Part shown: positions 1 to 8,914 of the stretch, one piece after another
How positions within the stretch are numbered: position 1 is the first letter of the stretch
How the letters are laid out: each line of letters begins with the position of its first letter
Assembly (NCBI GenBank): GCA_002304995.1
Contig: DBPV01000097.1
Location: 7,434-68,554 of the forward strand
DNA: 61,121 nt
From: Syntrophaceae bacterium UBA1411
GTDB taxonomy: Bacteria; Desulfobacterota; Syntrophia; Syntrophales; Smithellaceae
Direction of reading: 5' to 3'
The notes under the pieces: generated by a model
Database searches by the model: none
The model's input: the letters and a program-made list of their open reading frames with translations, nothing else
What the model was told of the DNA's origin: nothing
Made by a program: the position numbers and the translations under genes

Positions 1-2
1 AC

Positions 3-161
3 GCCAGCCGGCTGGCGTCCATGCAGAACGCCGAGAAGAATATCGAAGAGCAGCTGCAGGATCTGCACGTGCAGTTCCACCGCACCCGCCAAATGACGAT
101 CACCGAGGAACTTCTGGACATTGTCGCCGGGTTTGAGGCGCTGTCGGAAGAAGCATCGTAA
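3..161 (+). CDS. atpG: F1 ATP synthase gamma subunit, C-terminal fragment (N-ATPase/alternative type), 5'-truncated by the window
   Basis: Manual translation (frame 3): ASRLASMQNAEKNIEEQLQDLHVQFHRTRQMTITEELLDIVAGFEALSEEAS*, the conserved gamma C-terminal helix. Stop TAA at 159-161. Confidence 0.85.
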   Translation, partial: ASRLASMQNAEKNIEEQLQDLHVQFHRTRQMTITEELLDIVAGFEALSEEAS

Positions 162-189
162 CGTTTTTTTTCGAAAGGGGGTATGACGT

Positions 190-996
190 ATGTCGACGGG
201 ATCGGACAAGAGAATCTGCGTCATTTGCGCGTGGCGCGAAAACTGCACGAAGCGCTATCGGGTCAAAACCAACGCCCTGTTTGACGTGAATTGCCCCGAC
301 TACACGCGCGACATCAAACTGCGGGACAAGGATGTCGACAAACTGGTGGAAGACCAGGTGATGCGCTGGCAGAAGGAAAAGAAGGACAAGCCGGGTCCGG
401 TCATCACGCTGTCGAGCGAAGCGGGCGCCGGCGGCGGCTGGGTGGCGCGCATTCTCGCCACCGACCTGAGCATGACGCTGGTCGGCAGCGAATTGATTCA
501 CGCGGTGGCGGAGAGCGCCCACGTCAGCGACAAGGTGATCAAATCGCTGGATGAAAAGAGCATTTCGCTGTTCGACAGCCTGATCAGCTCGTTTTTCGAA
601 TCGCGTCACATCTGGCCCAACGAGTACATCCGCCGCCTGTCCATGGTGATGCACGCGGATGCGCAGCACGGCAACATCATCATTATCGGCCGGGGCGGCA
701 GTTTCATTCTGAAGGACAAGGCGTTTCGGGTGCGCATCATCGCGCCCTTCGACACGCGCGTCGAGAAGGTCGTGCGCGACCGGAAATTGCCGCTGAAGGA
801 AGCGCAGGGCTATGTGAAAAAGTACGATTCGGATCAGATCGGTTTTATCCGGAAGTATTTCAACGAGGACATCAACGATCCGAAACACTACGACATCATG
901 GTCAACATGCAGAATGTCGGCATTGAAACCGCGGCGGAATCGATCAAAAAAGCGTTTCTGGCATGGAGAGCCGTCAACGAGAACCATCAGGGATGA
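190..996 (+). CDS. Cytidylate kinase-like family protein with an N-terminal Cys-rich extension
   Basis: VITLSSEAGAGGGWVARILA P-loop-like motif, IIIGRGG and YD-x-x-VN motifs of the Cytidylate_kin2 family; N-terminal CVICAWRENC...CPDY. Confidence 0.75.
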   Translation: MSTGSDKRICVICAWRENCTKRYRVKTNALFDVNCPDYTRDIKLRDKDVDKLVEDQVMRWQKEKKDKPGPVITLSSEAGAGGGWVARILATDLSMTLVGSELIHAVAESAHVSDKVIKSLDEKSISLFDSLISSFFESRHIWPNEYIRRLSMVMHADAQHGNIIIIGRGGSFILKDKAFRVRIIAPFDTRVEKVVRDRKLPLKEAQGYVKKYDSDQIGFIRKYFNEDINDPKHYDIMVNMQNVGIETAAESIKKAFLAWRAVNENHQG

Positions 997-1024
997 TTTT
1001 GCATTCTGAACCGGAGTAAACGGC

Positions 1025-1225
1025 ATGAATCGTCACGAGCGCGCACTGCTTCTGGGTCTGGCGGAGGAGGTGATTTTGCACCTGCGCAGCCGGCTGGCTG
1101 AAATCGAGAATCTGCATCCCCGGGAATCGGCGCTGGCGATTGCCACGTTTCAGGAGCGTTTGCGCCATATCGAAAGTCTGCTTACCGACGTCAAGAAAGA
1201 CACGGGAGGATTCGATCTGAAGTAA
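1025..1225 (+). CDS. Small hypothetical helical protein (66 aa)
   Basis: ORF with upstream GGAG, co-oriented with the previous gene; no recognisable motif. Confidence 0.55.
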   Translation: MNRHERALLLGLAEEVILHLRSRLAEIENLHPRESALAIATFQERLRHIESLLTDVKKDTGGFDLK

Positions 1226-1425
1226 ATCGAGACCTGGATTTTGGTTTTCCCTGAAAAAGCGCGGGCGCCGACCGGTTGTCAAGCGGGGACCCGCCGGGGA
1301 AAACCAACCGCCTGCCCGCCCGAAACCAACGGGGCGTTTTTTCCAACCGATCTTTGCCGGAGCATTTCTGCCTGAGCCTTGCTTTTTTCCGAAAACGCGA
1401 ATCCGCCTTCAGGCGGCCGCGCGTT

Positions 1426-2658
1426 CTAGGGAGCGCCGTTTTTGACGACGGCCGCGAGGTAGATAAAAAAGGACGTACCCGCACCGGCGACCGATTCCAC
1501 GCTGATCAGACCGTTGTGGTACTTGATGATGGAGTCGCAGATGGCCAGCCCCAGGCCGATGCCGCCGCGGCTTTTCTTTTCCTTCGTCGTGAAGTAGGGA
1601 TCGAAAATTTTCGAAAGATTTTCCCGGGGAATGCCGACGCCCTTGTCCCGGATGACGATCCGGACGTAGTTGCCCTCGCCGAGCGTCCGGATATTGGTTC
1701 CCGTGGTGATGTTTTCAGCGATCACCTCCACGACGCCGCCTCCGGGCATGGCTTCCCGGGCGTTGGTGACCATGTTTTCGATGACCTGCTTGATCTGCAT
1801 GGCGTCGATTTCCGCAGGCCACAGGTCGGACGCGATCACCGGTTCGCAGGCGACGTCGGAGCCGGCCAGCGCCTTCGCGATCGCCTCGCGGATCAGGCCG
1901 TCGAGGTTTTCGAGCTTTTTGACGGGATAGCCGCCCTGGGCGAAAGTGATGAGCCGGTGCGCCAGCTCCTTGGCCTGCAGGCCCGCCCGCTCGGCGATGG
2001 CCAGTCCGTTTTCAAGGATCTTGTCCTCCTCGCTGGCCGAAATCTTGGCGAGAAAAACGTTGCGCAGAATGGCCGACAGGAGGCTGTCGAAATCCTTGGC
2101 CACGCCGTCGGCGAAGGTGCCGAGCGACTCGAGCTTGGTCCGCTTGAGGAGCTCCTCCTCCGCCGTTTTCTGGTCCGTGATGTCTTCCAGCGTTTCCATC
2201 GAACCGAAGATCTTGCCGCCGGAATCCCGGATGGCCGCCGACGTGATCCGGAACCACTTGCCCTTTTCACCCAGATCCGGGAAGAATTCCGTCACTTCGT
2301 AGGCGTCTTTGAGCACCTTGGATTTGGTGACCTGGCCGGCGTAGAGGATCGAGGAGTTGATGACCTTGTTGCTGAGTATCAGATCGGCCAGGCAGGAGCG
2401 CGGCGATTTGTAAAAGGCCCGCCACTGCTGGTCCGTTCCAATGACGTCTTCCGCCTTGATGCCGGAGAGGCCTTCCAGCGCCCGGTTCCAGTGCAGAATC
2501 CTGTGGTCCGTGGAGATGACGAACATGGGAATCGGAGAACTCTGAATGATGCTGCGCAGAATCTGTTCGTCGTTGCGGCCGCGCCAGATCGCGTAGGCAA
2601 AGCTCACGATCGCCGTCGCTGCGAGAATCAAAATGAACAAAACGATGTGGTTCTGCAT
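1426..2658 (-). CDS. Membrane-anchored PAS-domain sensor histidine kinase-like protein with a degenerate H-box (His to Lys)
   Basis: Start re-set to ATG 2658 (MQNHIVLF, TM helix). PAS domain; N box (VTNAREAM), G1 (DKGVGI), F box (FDPYFTTK) and G2 (GIGLGLAI) present; the H-box reads VAKDFDSLL. Confidence 0.85.
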   Translation of the reverse strand: MQNHIVLFILILAATAIVSFAYAIWRGRNDEQILRSIIQSSPIPMFVISTDHRILHWNRALEGLSGIKAEDVIGTDQQWRAFYKSPRSCLADLILSNKVINSSILYAGQVTKSKVLKDAYEVTEFFPDLGEKGKWFRITSAAIRDSGGKIFGSMETLEDITDQKTAEEELLKRTKLESLGTFADGVAKDFDSLLSAILRNVFLAKISASEEDKILENGLAIAERAGLQAKELAHRLITFAQGGYPVKKLENLDGLIREAIAKALAGSDVACEPVIASDLWPAEIDAMQIKQVIENMVTNAREAMPGGGVVEVIAENITTGTNIRTLGEGNYVRIVIRDKGVGIPRENLSKIFDPYFTTKEKKSRGGIGLGLAICDSIIKYHNGLISVESVAGAGTSFFIYLAAVVKNGAP

Positions 2659-2833
2659 GATGGGTTTCCGTATTTCAAGCCTTCGGTCCGGACCGCGCCG
2701 GAAGGGTCGCTGCCGCTTAATGAACGCCGGATCTTTTTCAACGCCACCTTTGGAACTCTGCTGCCGTTGAATAGCAAGGTTGGCCTGAAATTGCAAGATT
2801 GGAAAAATCGCCGGGCCTGCTTAAGAAAAGCGC

Positions 2834-2884
2834 TTGACAAACGCGGGTCGCTGGTTTAATTCCTACCAAAGTAATAGTATTAAA
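2834..2884 (+). promoter_or_regulatory. Candidate sigma70 promoter (TTGACA; TGgTTTAAT) with an overlapping imperfect palindrome, upstream of mnmA-metY-cysK-fdhD
   Basis: TTGACA at 2834-2839; extended -10-like TTTAAT at 2855-2860 (spacer only 15 nt); TAATTCCTA-CCAAAGTAA-TAGTATTA dyad from 2857. Confidence 0.4.
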
Positions 2885-2940
2885 ATCCGAAGGCCGGCGG
2901 CCGGGGCGGAAAAAACGAAAGCGGAAAGACGGACGGAAAG

Positions 2941-4035
2941 ATGACGGCGGGGAAAAAAGTTCTGGTGGCGATGAGCGGCGGTGTGGATTCGTCCGTCGCC
3001 GCGCTGCTTCTGAAGGAAGCGGGCTATGCCGTTACCGGTGTGACGATGTGCCTGGGCATTCGTCAGGAGGAAAGCCGCGCCAGCTGCTGCGGCGGCGACG
3101 CGATTGAAGATGCCAGACACGTCTGCGGCCGGCTGGACGTTCCGCACTTTGTTTTCGACTTCGCCTCGCTGATGGAAGAGCGGGTCATCCGGAAATTTAC
3201 GGACGAATATTTGCAGGGCCGGACGCCCAATCCCTGTGTGGACTGCAACCGTTATCTGAAATTCGACGCGCTCCTGGCCCGGGCGCGGGGGATGGGGTTT
3301 GACTGTCTGGCGACGGGCCATTACGCCCGCATCGCCGAAACACCCGCCGGCTGGGGGTTGTTCCGGGCCGCGGACAAAAACAAGGATCAGACCTACTTTT
3401 TGTATCCAATCCGCAAGGACGACCTCTCCTCAGTGCTTTTTCCGCTGGGGGAGATGAAAAAAGAAGAGGTGCGGATTCGGGCGCACAAAGCCGGTCTGCC
3501 CGTCGCGCAAAAGGCGGAAAGCCAGGATATCTGCTTTGTTCCCCAAGGCGATTACCGACAGTTTTTTGCGCAGAAGCGGCTCGCGTCGCCGCCGGGAGAC
3601 ATCGTGGATGCGTCGGGCCGCGTTCTGGGGCGCCACACGGGCATCCTCTCTTACACCATCGGGCAGCGCAGCGGTCTGGGCATCAGCGCTCCCCGGCCGC
3701 TTTATGTGCTGGGCTTCGACGCTGTCGGCAACCGGCTGGTGGTCGGGCACAAGGAAGAGCTGCTCGCAGGCGGGCTTGTCGCGGGCGATCTGAACCTCCT
3801 TGCGGACGGATTTCCGGAAACGGCGGACGTCAAAATCCGCTACCGCAAGAAGCCGGCGCCCTGCCGGGTGGTCCGGGACGGCGAAAAACTGAAAGTTCTT
3901 TTCCGGGAGCCGCAGGAGTCCGTAACGCCGGGGCAGGCCGCCGTCTTTTACGAGGGGGACCGGGTGCTGGGGGGCGGCGTCATCGAAGCGGCGTGGACGG
4001 CTTCCCGGGAGGAGCGCGTTGAAGGAACGGTTTGA
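2941..4035 (+). CDS. mnmA: tRNA 2-thiouridine(34) synthase
   Basis: SGGVDS PP-loop, TPNPCVDCN, ATGHYA, KDQTYFL, ESQDICF, GQAAVFY. Confidence 0.97.
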   Translation: MTAGKKVLVAMSGGVDSSVAALLLKEAGYAVTGVTMCLGIRQEESRASCCGGDAIEDARHVCGRLDVPHFVFDFASLMEERVIRKFTDEYLQGRTPNPCVDCNRYLKFDALLARARGMGFDCLATGHYARIAETPAGWGLFRAADKNKDQTYFLYPIRKDDLSSVLFPLGEMKKEEVRIRAHKAGLPVAQKAESQDICFVPQGDYRQFFAQKRLASPPGDIVDASGRVLGRHTGILSYTIGQRSGLGISAPRPLYVLGFDAVGNRLVVGHKEELLAGGLVAGDLNLLADGFPETADVKIRYRKKPAPCRVVRDGEKLKVLFREPQESVTPGQAAVFYEGDRVLGGGVIEAAWTASREERVEGTV

Positions 4036-4149
4036 GGTTTTCCCGATCGGCAGGGGAAAACGAAACCGCGCCGGCCTCGCAACAGGCGGCGAAGAGCGGA
4101 ATCGGCAAATCCATCTAAAAATCAAAGGGACGAAGAAAGGATCGCGAAA

Positions 4150-5442
4150 ATGTCGCAAATAGACGATCGGTTGAAGATTGAAACGCTTTTGTTGCACGGC
4201 GGCCAGGAGCCGGATCCGACGACGGGCGCGCGCGCCGTGCCGATTTATCAGACCACCTCCTACCAGTTCCGGAGCACGGATCACGCGGCGGCGCTGTTCG
4301 GCCTGGCCGAGCCCGGCAACATCTACACCCGCCTCATGAATCCGACCACGGACGTGCTGGAAAAGCGGATCGCCCTTCTGGATGGGGGAGCAGGCGCGCT
4401 GGCCGTGGCCAGCGGCCAGTCGGCCATCACGCTGGCGCTCTTGAATCTCGCCCAGGCCGGCGATGAAATCGTTTCGGCCGACAATCTCTACGGCGGAACC
4501 TACAGTCTTTTCCACTACACGTTCCGGCGTCTGGGCATTAAAGTGAATTTCGTGAAATCAAACGATTTGGCGGCGCTGGAAGCGGCCATCACGCCGAAGA
4601 CCAAGGCGATTTACGCGGAATCCATCGGCAATCCCAAGCTCGACGTGGCGGACCTGGAGGGTATGGCCGCGATCGCCCGCCGCCACGGCATTGCGTTTGT
4701 GCTGGACAACACCGTCTCTCCCTATCTCCTGCGGCCGTTTGATTTCGGCGTGGACATTGCGGTCTATTCCGCAACCAAGTTTCTGGGCGGCCACGGCACG
4801 TCGCTGGGCGGCGTCATTGTCGATGCCGGAAAGTTCGACTGGACGGGCGGCAAGTATCCGCTCATCGCCGGCCCCGATCCGGCCTACCACGGACTCGATT
4901 TTGCCCTGGCGCTCAAGCCGGCCGGCAATATCGCCTACATCACGAAGGCCCGCGTCGTTCTTTTGCGCGACCTGGGGCCGGCGCTGTCGCCGTTCAACGC
5001 CTTTCTTCTGCTGCAGGGGCTGGAAACGCTGCATCTGCGGATGGTCCGGCACTGCGAAAACGCGCTGGCCGTGGCGCGGCACCTGAAAGAGCATCCCCAG
5101 GTCGCCTGGGTGAATTATCCGGGACTCGCGGACAGCCCCGAAAAAGCCCGCGCCGACAAATATCTGCCCAAAGGCGCGGGAGGGATCATCGGATTCGGCA
5201 TTCGGGGCGGCATCGCCGCGGGAAAGACGTTCATCGATTCCCTGCGCCTCGTGTCGCATCTGGCCAATATCGGCGACGCCAGGACGCTCGCGATCCATCC
5301 GGCCTCGACCACGCACCAGCAGCTCTCCGCCGAGGAGCAGCTCGCCACCGGCGTGACGCCGGATTTCATCCGCCTGTCGATCGGCCTCGAGCATCTCGAC
5401 GACATTCTGGCGGATATCGACCAGGCGCTGGGAAAAATCTGA
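4150..5442 (+). CDS. metY: O-acetylhomoserine aminocarboxypropyltransferase (sulfhydrylase)
   Basis: [19 protein letters not shown] lysine in [33 protein letters not shown]. Confidence 0.93.
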   Translation: MSQIDDRLKIETLLLHGGQEPDPTTGARAVPIYQTTSYQFRSTDHAAALFGLAEPGNIYTRLMNPTTDVLEKRIALLDGGAGALAVASGQSAITLALLNLAQAGDEIVSADNLYGGTYSLFHYTFRRLGIKVNFVKSNDLAALEAAITPKTKAIYAESIGNPKLDVADLEGMAAIARRHGIAFVLDNTVSPYLLRPFDFGVDIAVYSATKFLGGHGTSLGGVIVDAGKFDWTGGKYPLIAGPDPAYHGLDFALALKPAGNIAYITKARVVLLRDLGPALSPFNAFLLLQGLETLHLRMVRHCENALAVARHLKEHPQVAWVNYPGLADSPEKARADKYLPKGAGGIIGFGIRGGIAAGKTFIDSLRLVSHLANIGDARTLAIHPASTTHQQLSAEEQLATGVTPDFIRLSIGLEHLDDILADIDQALGKI

Positions 5443-5493
5443 TGCGCAACGCTCCCGCCGATTTTGCGAAGGGGGAGGGACAGGAGGCAAGCC

Positions 5494-6453
5494 ATGAACA
5501 GGATTTATTCGGACAATTCACAATCCATCGGCAACACGCCGCTGGTGCGGTTAAACCGCGTGACGGGCGGCGCCGGGGCGACGGTGCTGGCGAAAATGGA
5601 GGGCCGCAATCCGGCCTATTCCGTCAAGTGCCGCATCGGGGCGGCCATGATCCGGGACGCCGAGGCCCGGGGTCTGCTCCACCCGGGCATGGAGATCATC
5701 GAACCGACCAGCGGCAACACGGGCATCGCGCTCGCGTCCGTGGCGGCGGCGCGCGGCTACCGGCTTTCGCTCGCCATGCCGGAAACCATGAGCATCGAAC
5801 GCCGGCGCGTGCTGGCCGCTTTCGGCGCGACTCTGTTGCTTACGCCGGGCGGCGAGGGCATGAAAGGCGCGATCGTCCGGGCGGAGAGCCTCGCCCGGTC
5901 CGATCCGCAGAAATATTTTCTGCCCCAGCAGTTCAAAAACCCGGCCAATCCCGCGATTCATGAAAAAACGACCGGACCGGAAATCTGGAACGACACGGAA
6001 GGGGCGGTCGACGTGCTGGTGGCGGGCGTCGGGACGGGCGGAACGATTTCCGGCGTGTCCCGCTTTATCAAAAAAACCATGGGCAAGGAGATTCTTTCCG
6101 TCGCGGTGGAGCCCGCGGAAAGCCCGGTGATCAGCCAGAAGCTGGCGGGGCTTGACCTGGCGCCTGGGCCGCACAAGATTCAGGGCATCGGCGCGGGATT
6201 TATTCCCGACACGCTGGATCTGTCGCTCGTCGACCGCGTTGAGCAGGTGGAAAGCGCCGAGGCGATTGATTTTGCCCGCCGTCTGGCCAGAGAAGAGGGA
6301 ATGCTTGTCGGCATCTCCTGCGGCGCGGCGGCCGCGGCGGCCGTACGCCTGGCCCGGCAGCCGGAGTTTGCCGGCAAAACGTTCGTGGTCATCCTGCCCG
6401 ACGCCGGAGAGCGCTACCTGTCGACGGCGCTGTTTGCGGGGATCGGCGTTTAA
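5494..6453 (+). CDS. cysK: Cysteine synthase A
   Basis: Start at ATG 5494 after GGAGG; IGNTPLV, SVKCRIG (PLP Lys), [29 protein letters not shown]. Confidence 0.96.
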   Translation: MNRIYSDNSQSIGNTPLVRLNRVTGGAGATVLAKMEGRNPAYSVKCRIGAAMIRDAEARGLLHPGMEIIEPTSGNTGIALASVAAARGYRLSLAMPETMSIERRRVLAAFGATLLLTPGGEGMKGAIVRAESLARSDPQKYFLPQQFKNPANPAIHEKTTGPEIWNDTEGAVDVLVAGVGTGGTISGVSRFIKKTMGKEILSVAVEPAESPVISQKLAGLDLAPGPHKIQGIGAGFIPDTLDLSLVDRVEQVESAEAIDFARRLAREEGMLVGISCGAAAAAAVRLARQPEFAGKTFVVILPDAGERYLSTALFAGIGV

Positions 6454-6481
6454 AACCGCGGGCAATTTGCATAGGAAAGTG

Positions 6482-7279
6482 ATGGACGAAAAATTTTATG
6501 CTGCCTTTGATGTTAAAGAAATTCTCTCCGACAACGGCGAGGTTCGGCTAATTGAAAAAAAGAAAGACGTTATCGGCGAGATATCGCTGAAAATCTACAT
6601 CAACGGAACGGAATACGCATCGCTTCTGTGCCTGAATCAGCTGGCGGAAGAGCTGGCCGTGGGATTTCTCTACAGCGAAGGGGTCATCGACAGCACGGCC
6701 GACATCGCTTCCCTATCATACAACGAACGCCTCTTTGCGGTCATGATCCAGCTGGCGGCCGGCCGGTCCGTGGAAAAGTGCGAGAGCCTGCGCAGCGTGA
6801 CCTCCGGTTGCGGAAAGTGTTTCACGTATATCAATCCGCTCAAGCACGAAAAATTTCTGCCCGTCGCCGATCGCCGCCGATACGCCCTCCAGTCTATTCT
6901 GAATGTCATGAAGACGTTCGAGCGGCAATCGGAGACCTTCAAAAAGGTGGGAGGGGTGCACAGCGTTCTCTTTCATCATCCGGACTATTCCGTTTTCAAC
7001 GAGGATATCGGACGGCACAACTGTTTTGATAAAATAGCCGGCGTCCTTTTGAAGAGCCGCAAAGTGGTGCTGGTTGAAACCGGGATTTTTTTTGTAAGCG
7101 GGAGGGTCTCTTCAGAAATCATGGCCAAGGTGATCCGCCTGGGGGCGCCGGTTCTGGTGTCGCGGTCGACGCCGACGGCTGCCGCCGTCACGCTGGCCAG
7201 AGAATACAATGTTACGCTTCTGGGCTACGTGCGCGGCGATTCGGGTTTTGTCTATGCGGGAGAAGGGCGGTTGATCTGA
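6482..7279 (+). CDS. fdhD: Formate dehydrogenase accessory sulfurtransferase FdhD/NarQ family
   Basis: ATG 6482; ELAVGFLYSEG, SGCG, GGVHS, EDIGRHNCFDK, SGRVSSEI, PT-x-x-AV...TLLGYVR. Confidence 0.9.
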   Translation: MDEKFYAAFDVKEILSDNGEVRLIEKKKDVIGEISLKIYINGTEYASLLCLNQLAEELAVGFLYSEGVIDSTADIASLSYNERLFAVMIQLAAGRSVEKCESLRSVTSGCGKCFTYINPLKHEKFLPVADRRRYALQSILNVMKTFERQSETFKKVGGVHSVLFHHPDYSVFNEDIGRHNCFDKIAGVLLKSRKVVLVETGIFFVSGRVSSEIMAKVIRLGAPVLVSRSTPTAAAVTLAREYNVTLLGYVRGDSGFVYAGEGRLI

Positions 7280-7439
7280 CAGCCCTTTCCTTCGATCCCG
7301 CTGATGGCGTCGCATGGGGCATTCCAGAGACGATCGCAGCCGCTCCGACTGCCAGCGCCCGCAGAATCCTGTTGATAATATTTATCGAATATGTCAAAAA
7401 GCGTGCGGTCATCCCATACTGAAAAAAAAGGTTCCGACT

Positions 7440-8171
7440 ATGCAACCGTTAAAGAGGCTGTCCATTGTCATTCCCGTTTACAATGAGGAACCTTACCTGG
7501 AGGAGGTCCTGCGCCGGGTGATCGCGCAGCCCCTGCCCGGTAATCTGGAGCGCGAAATTATTCTGGTCAACGACGCCTCGCAGGACGGTTCCTGGACGGT
7601 GATGCAGTCTCTGCCGGAAAAGAATCCCGGCATCCCGTTTCATCTGATCAACAAAACCGTCAACGAGGGCAAAGGGGCGGCGCTGCGCGACGGCTTTGCG
7701 AAAGCGACGGGCGATCTCGTCCTGATTCAGGACGCGGACCTGGAGTACGATCCCGCCGATTATCCCAAGCTTCTGGGGCCGATTCTCGACGGCCGGGCCG
7801 ACGTGGTGTTCGGCAGCCGCTTCATCGGCGAACCGCACCGCGTCATGTACTACTGGCACCAGTTTGCGAACACCCTTCTGACCACGCTGTCCAACATGCT
7901 CACCAACCTCAACCTGACGGACATGGAAGTCTGCTACAAGGTCTTCCGGCGCGACGTGGCCCGCCGGCTCAACCTCAAAAGCCCGCGGTTCGGCGTCGAA
8001 CCGGAGATCACCGCCAAGGTCGCGCGCATGCGGATAGACGGCAGACGGCTGCGGATTTACGAAACCGGCATTTCCTACGCGGGGCGCACGTACGAGGAAG
8101 GAAAGAAGATCGGCTGGACCGACGCCGTCAGCGCCATTTTCCACATTCTCCGCTTCCGTTTCCGGGACTGA
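7440..8171 (+). CDS. Glycosyltransferase family 2 (polyprenol-phosphate mannosyltransferase-like)
   Basis: LSIVIPVYNEE, VNDASQDGS, GKGAAL, IQDADLEYDP, DMEVCYK, FGVEPEITAK. Confidence 0.9.
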   Translation: MQPLKRLSIVIPVYNEEPYLEEVLRRVIAQPLPGNLEREIILVNDASQDGSWTVMQSLPEKNPGIPFHLINKTVNEGKGAALRDGFAKATGDLVLIQDADLEYDPADYPKLLGPILDGRADVVFGSRFIGEPHRVMYYWHQFANTLLTTLSNMLTNLNLTDMEVCYKVFRRDVARRLNLKSPRFGVEPEITAKVARMRIDGRRLRIYETGISYAGRTYEEGKKIGWTDAVSAIFHILRFRFRD

Positions 8172-8214
8172 AAGCCTTCCCCCGCGCGGGTCATTTTCTG
8201 TCCGGACAAATTTC

Positions 8215-8269
8215 TTGACAAACGGCGCCATTCATGTGAACGAATATTCACAAAATGAACGGTGGTTCA
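8215..8269 (+). promoter_or_regulatory. -35 element and two tandem palindromic operators (TGAAC-N4-RTTCA), putative TetR autoregulatory sites
   Basis: TTGACA at 8215-8220; TGTGAA-CGAATA-TTCACA at 8235-8252; TGAAC-GGTG-GTTCA at 8256-8269; directly upstream of the TetR gene. Confidence 0.65.
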
Positions 8270-8293
8270 AAATACCGAGCCGGAGTTTCGACC

Positions 8294-8914
8294 ATGGAAA
8301 AAAAACAGCGCAAGGAGCGGGAGTTCCTGATGCGGCGCGAGGCGATTCTCGCTGAAGCGGAAAAGCACTTTTCCCGGCGGGGCTATCACAACGTGACGGT
8401 CGCCCAGATCGCCAAGGCTTCCGGCTTCTCCACGGGGGCGCTGTACCAGTACTTCGACAGCAAGGAACATCTCTACATGACGATGGTTTTTGAAAAGCTC
8501 ACGCTGATGTACGAGGCGATCCGGCAGGCGGTCTCGACCGCCGCCTCCCTGCACGACCGCGTCGAGGCCCTGATCGGCGCGCAGCTTCGGTTTGTCGAGG
8601 AAAACGCCGATTTCTGCCGGATCTTCCTGCGGGGGGAAAGCGATCTCTCGCCCGCCATGATGGACACGATGCGAAGGCGGCTGCAAGACGATTATTTTAC
8701 GCATTTATCTTTTGTCGAAAATATATTAAAAGCCGGCATGAAAAAAGGCATGATCCGGCGCCTTCCGCCGCACGAAATCGCCGCCGCGCTGTCGCATTTG
8801 ATCCGGGCCGCCGCCATCGACTGGATGTTTCTGCAGCCGAAAGAGCCGCTGGTTTCCAAAACGCAGATCATTTTGGACATTTTCTTAAACGGAGTAAGAA
8901 ATCATGACCATTAA
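8294..8914 (+). CDS. TetR/AcrR family transcriptional regulator
   Basis: ILAEAEKHFSRRGYHNVTVAQIAKASGFSTGALYQYFDSKEHLY HTH; heads the efflux operon. Alternative start 8255. Confidence 0.93.
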   Translation: MEKKQRKEREFLMRREAILAEAEKHFSRRGYHNVTVAQIAKASGFSTGALYQYFDSKEHLYMTMVFEKLTLMYEAIRQAVSTAASLHDRVEALIGAQLRFVEENADFCRIFLRGESDLSPAMMDTMRRRLQDDYFTHLSFVENILKAGMKKGMIRRLPPHEIAAALSHLIRAAAIDWMFLQPKEPLVSKTQIILDIFLNGVRNHDH

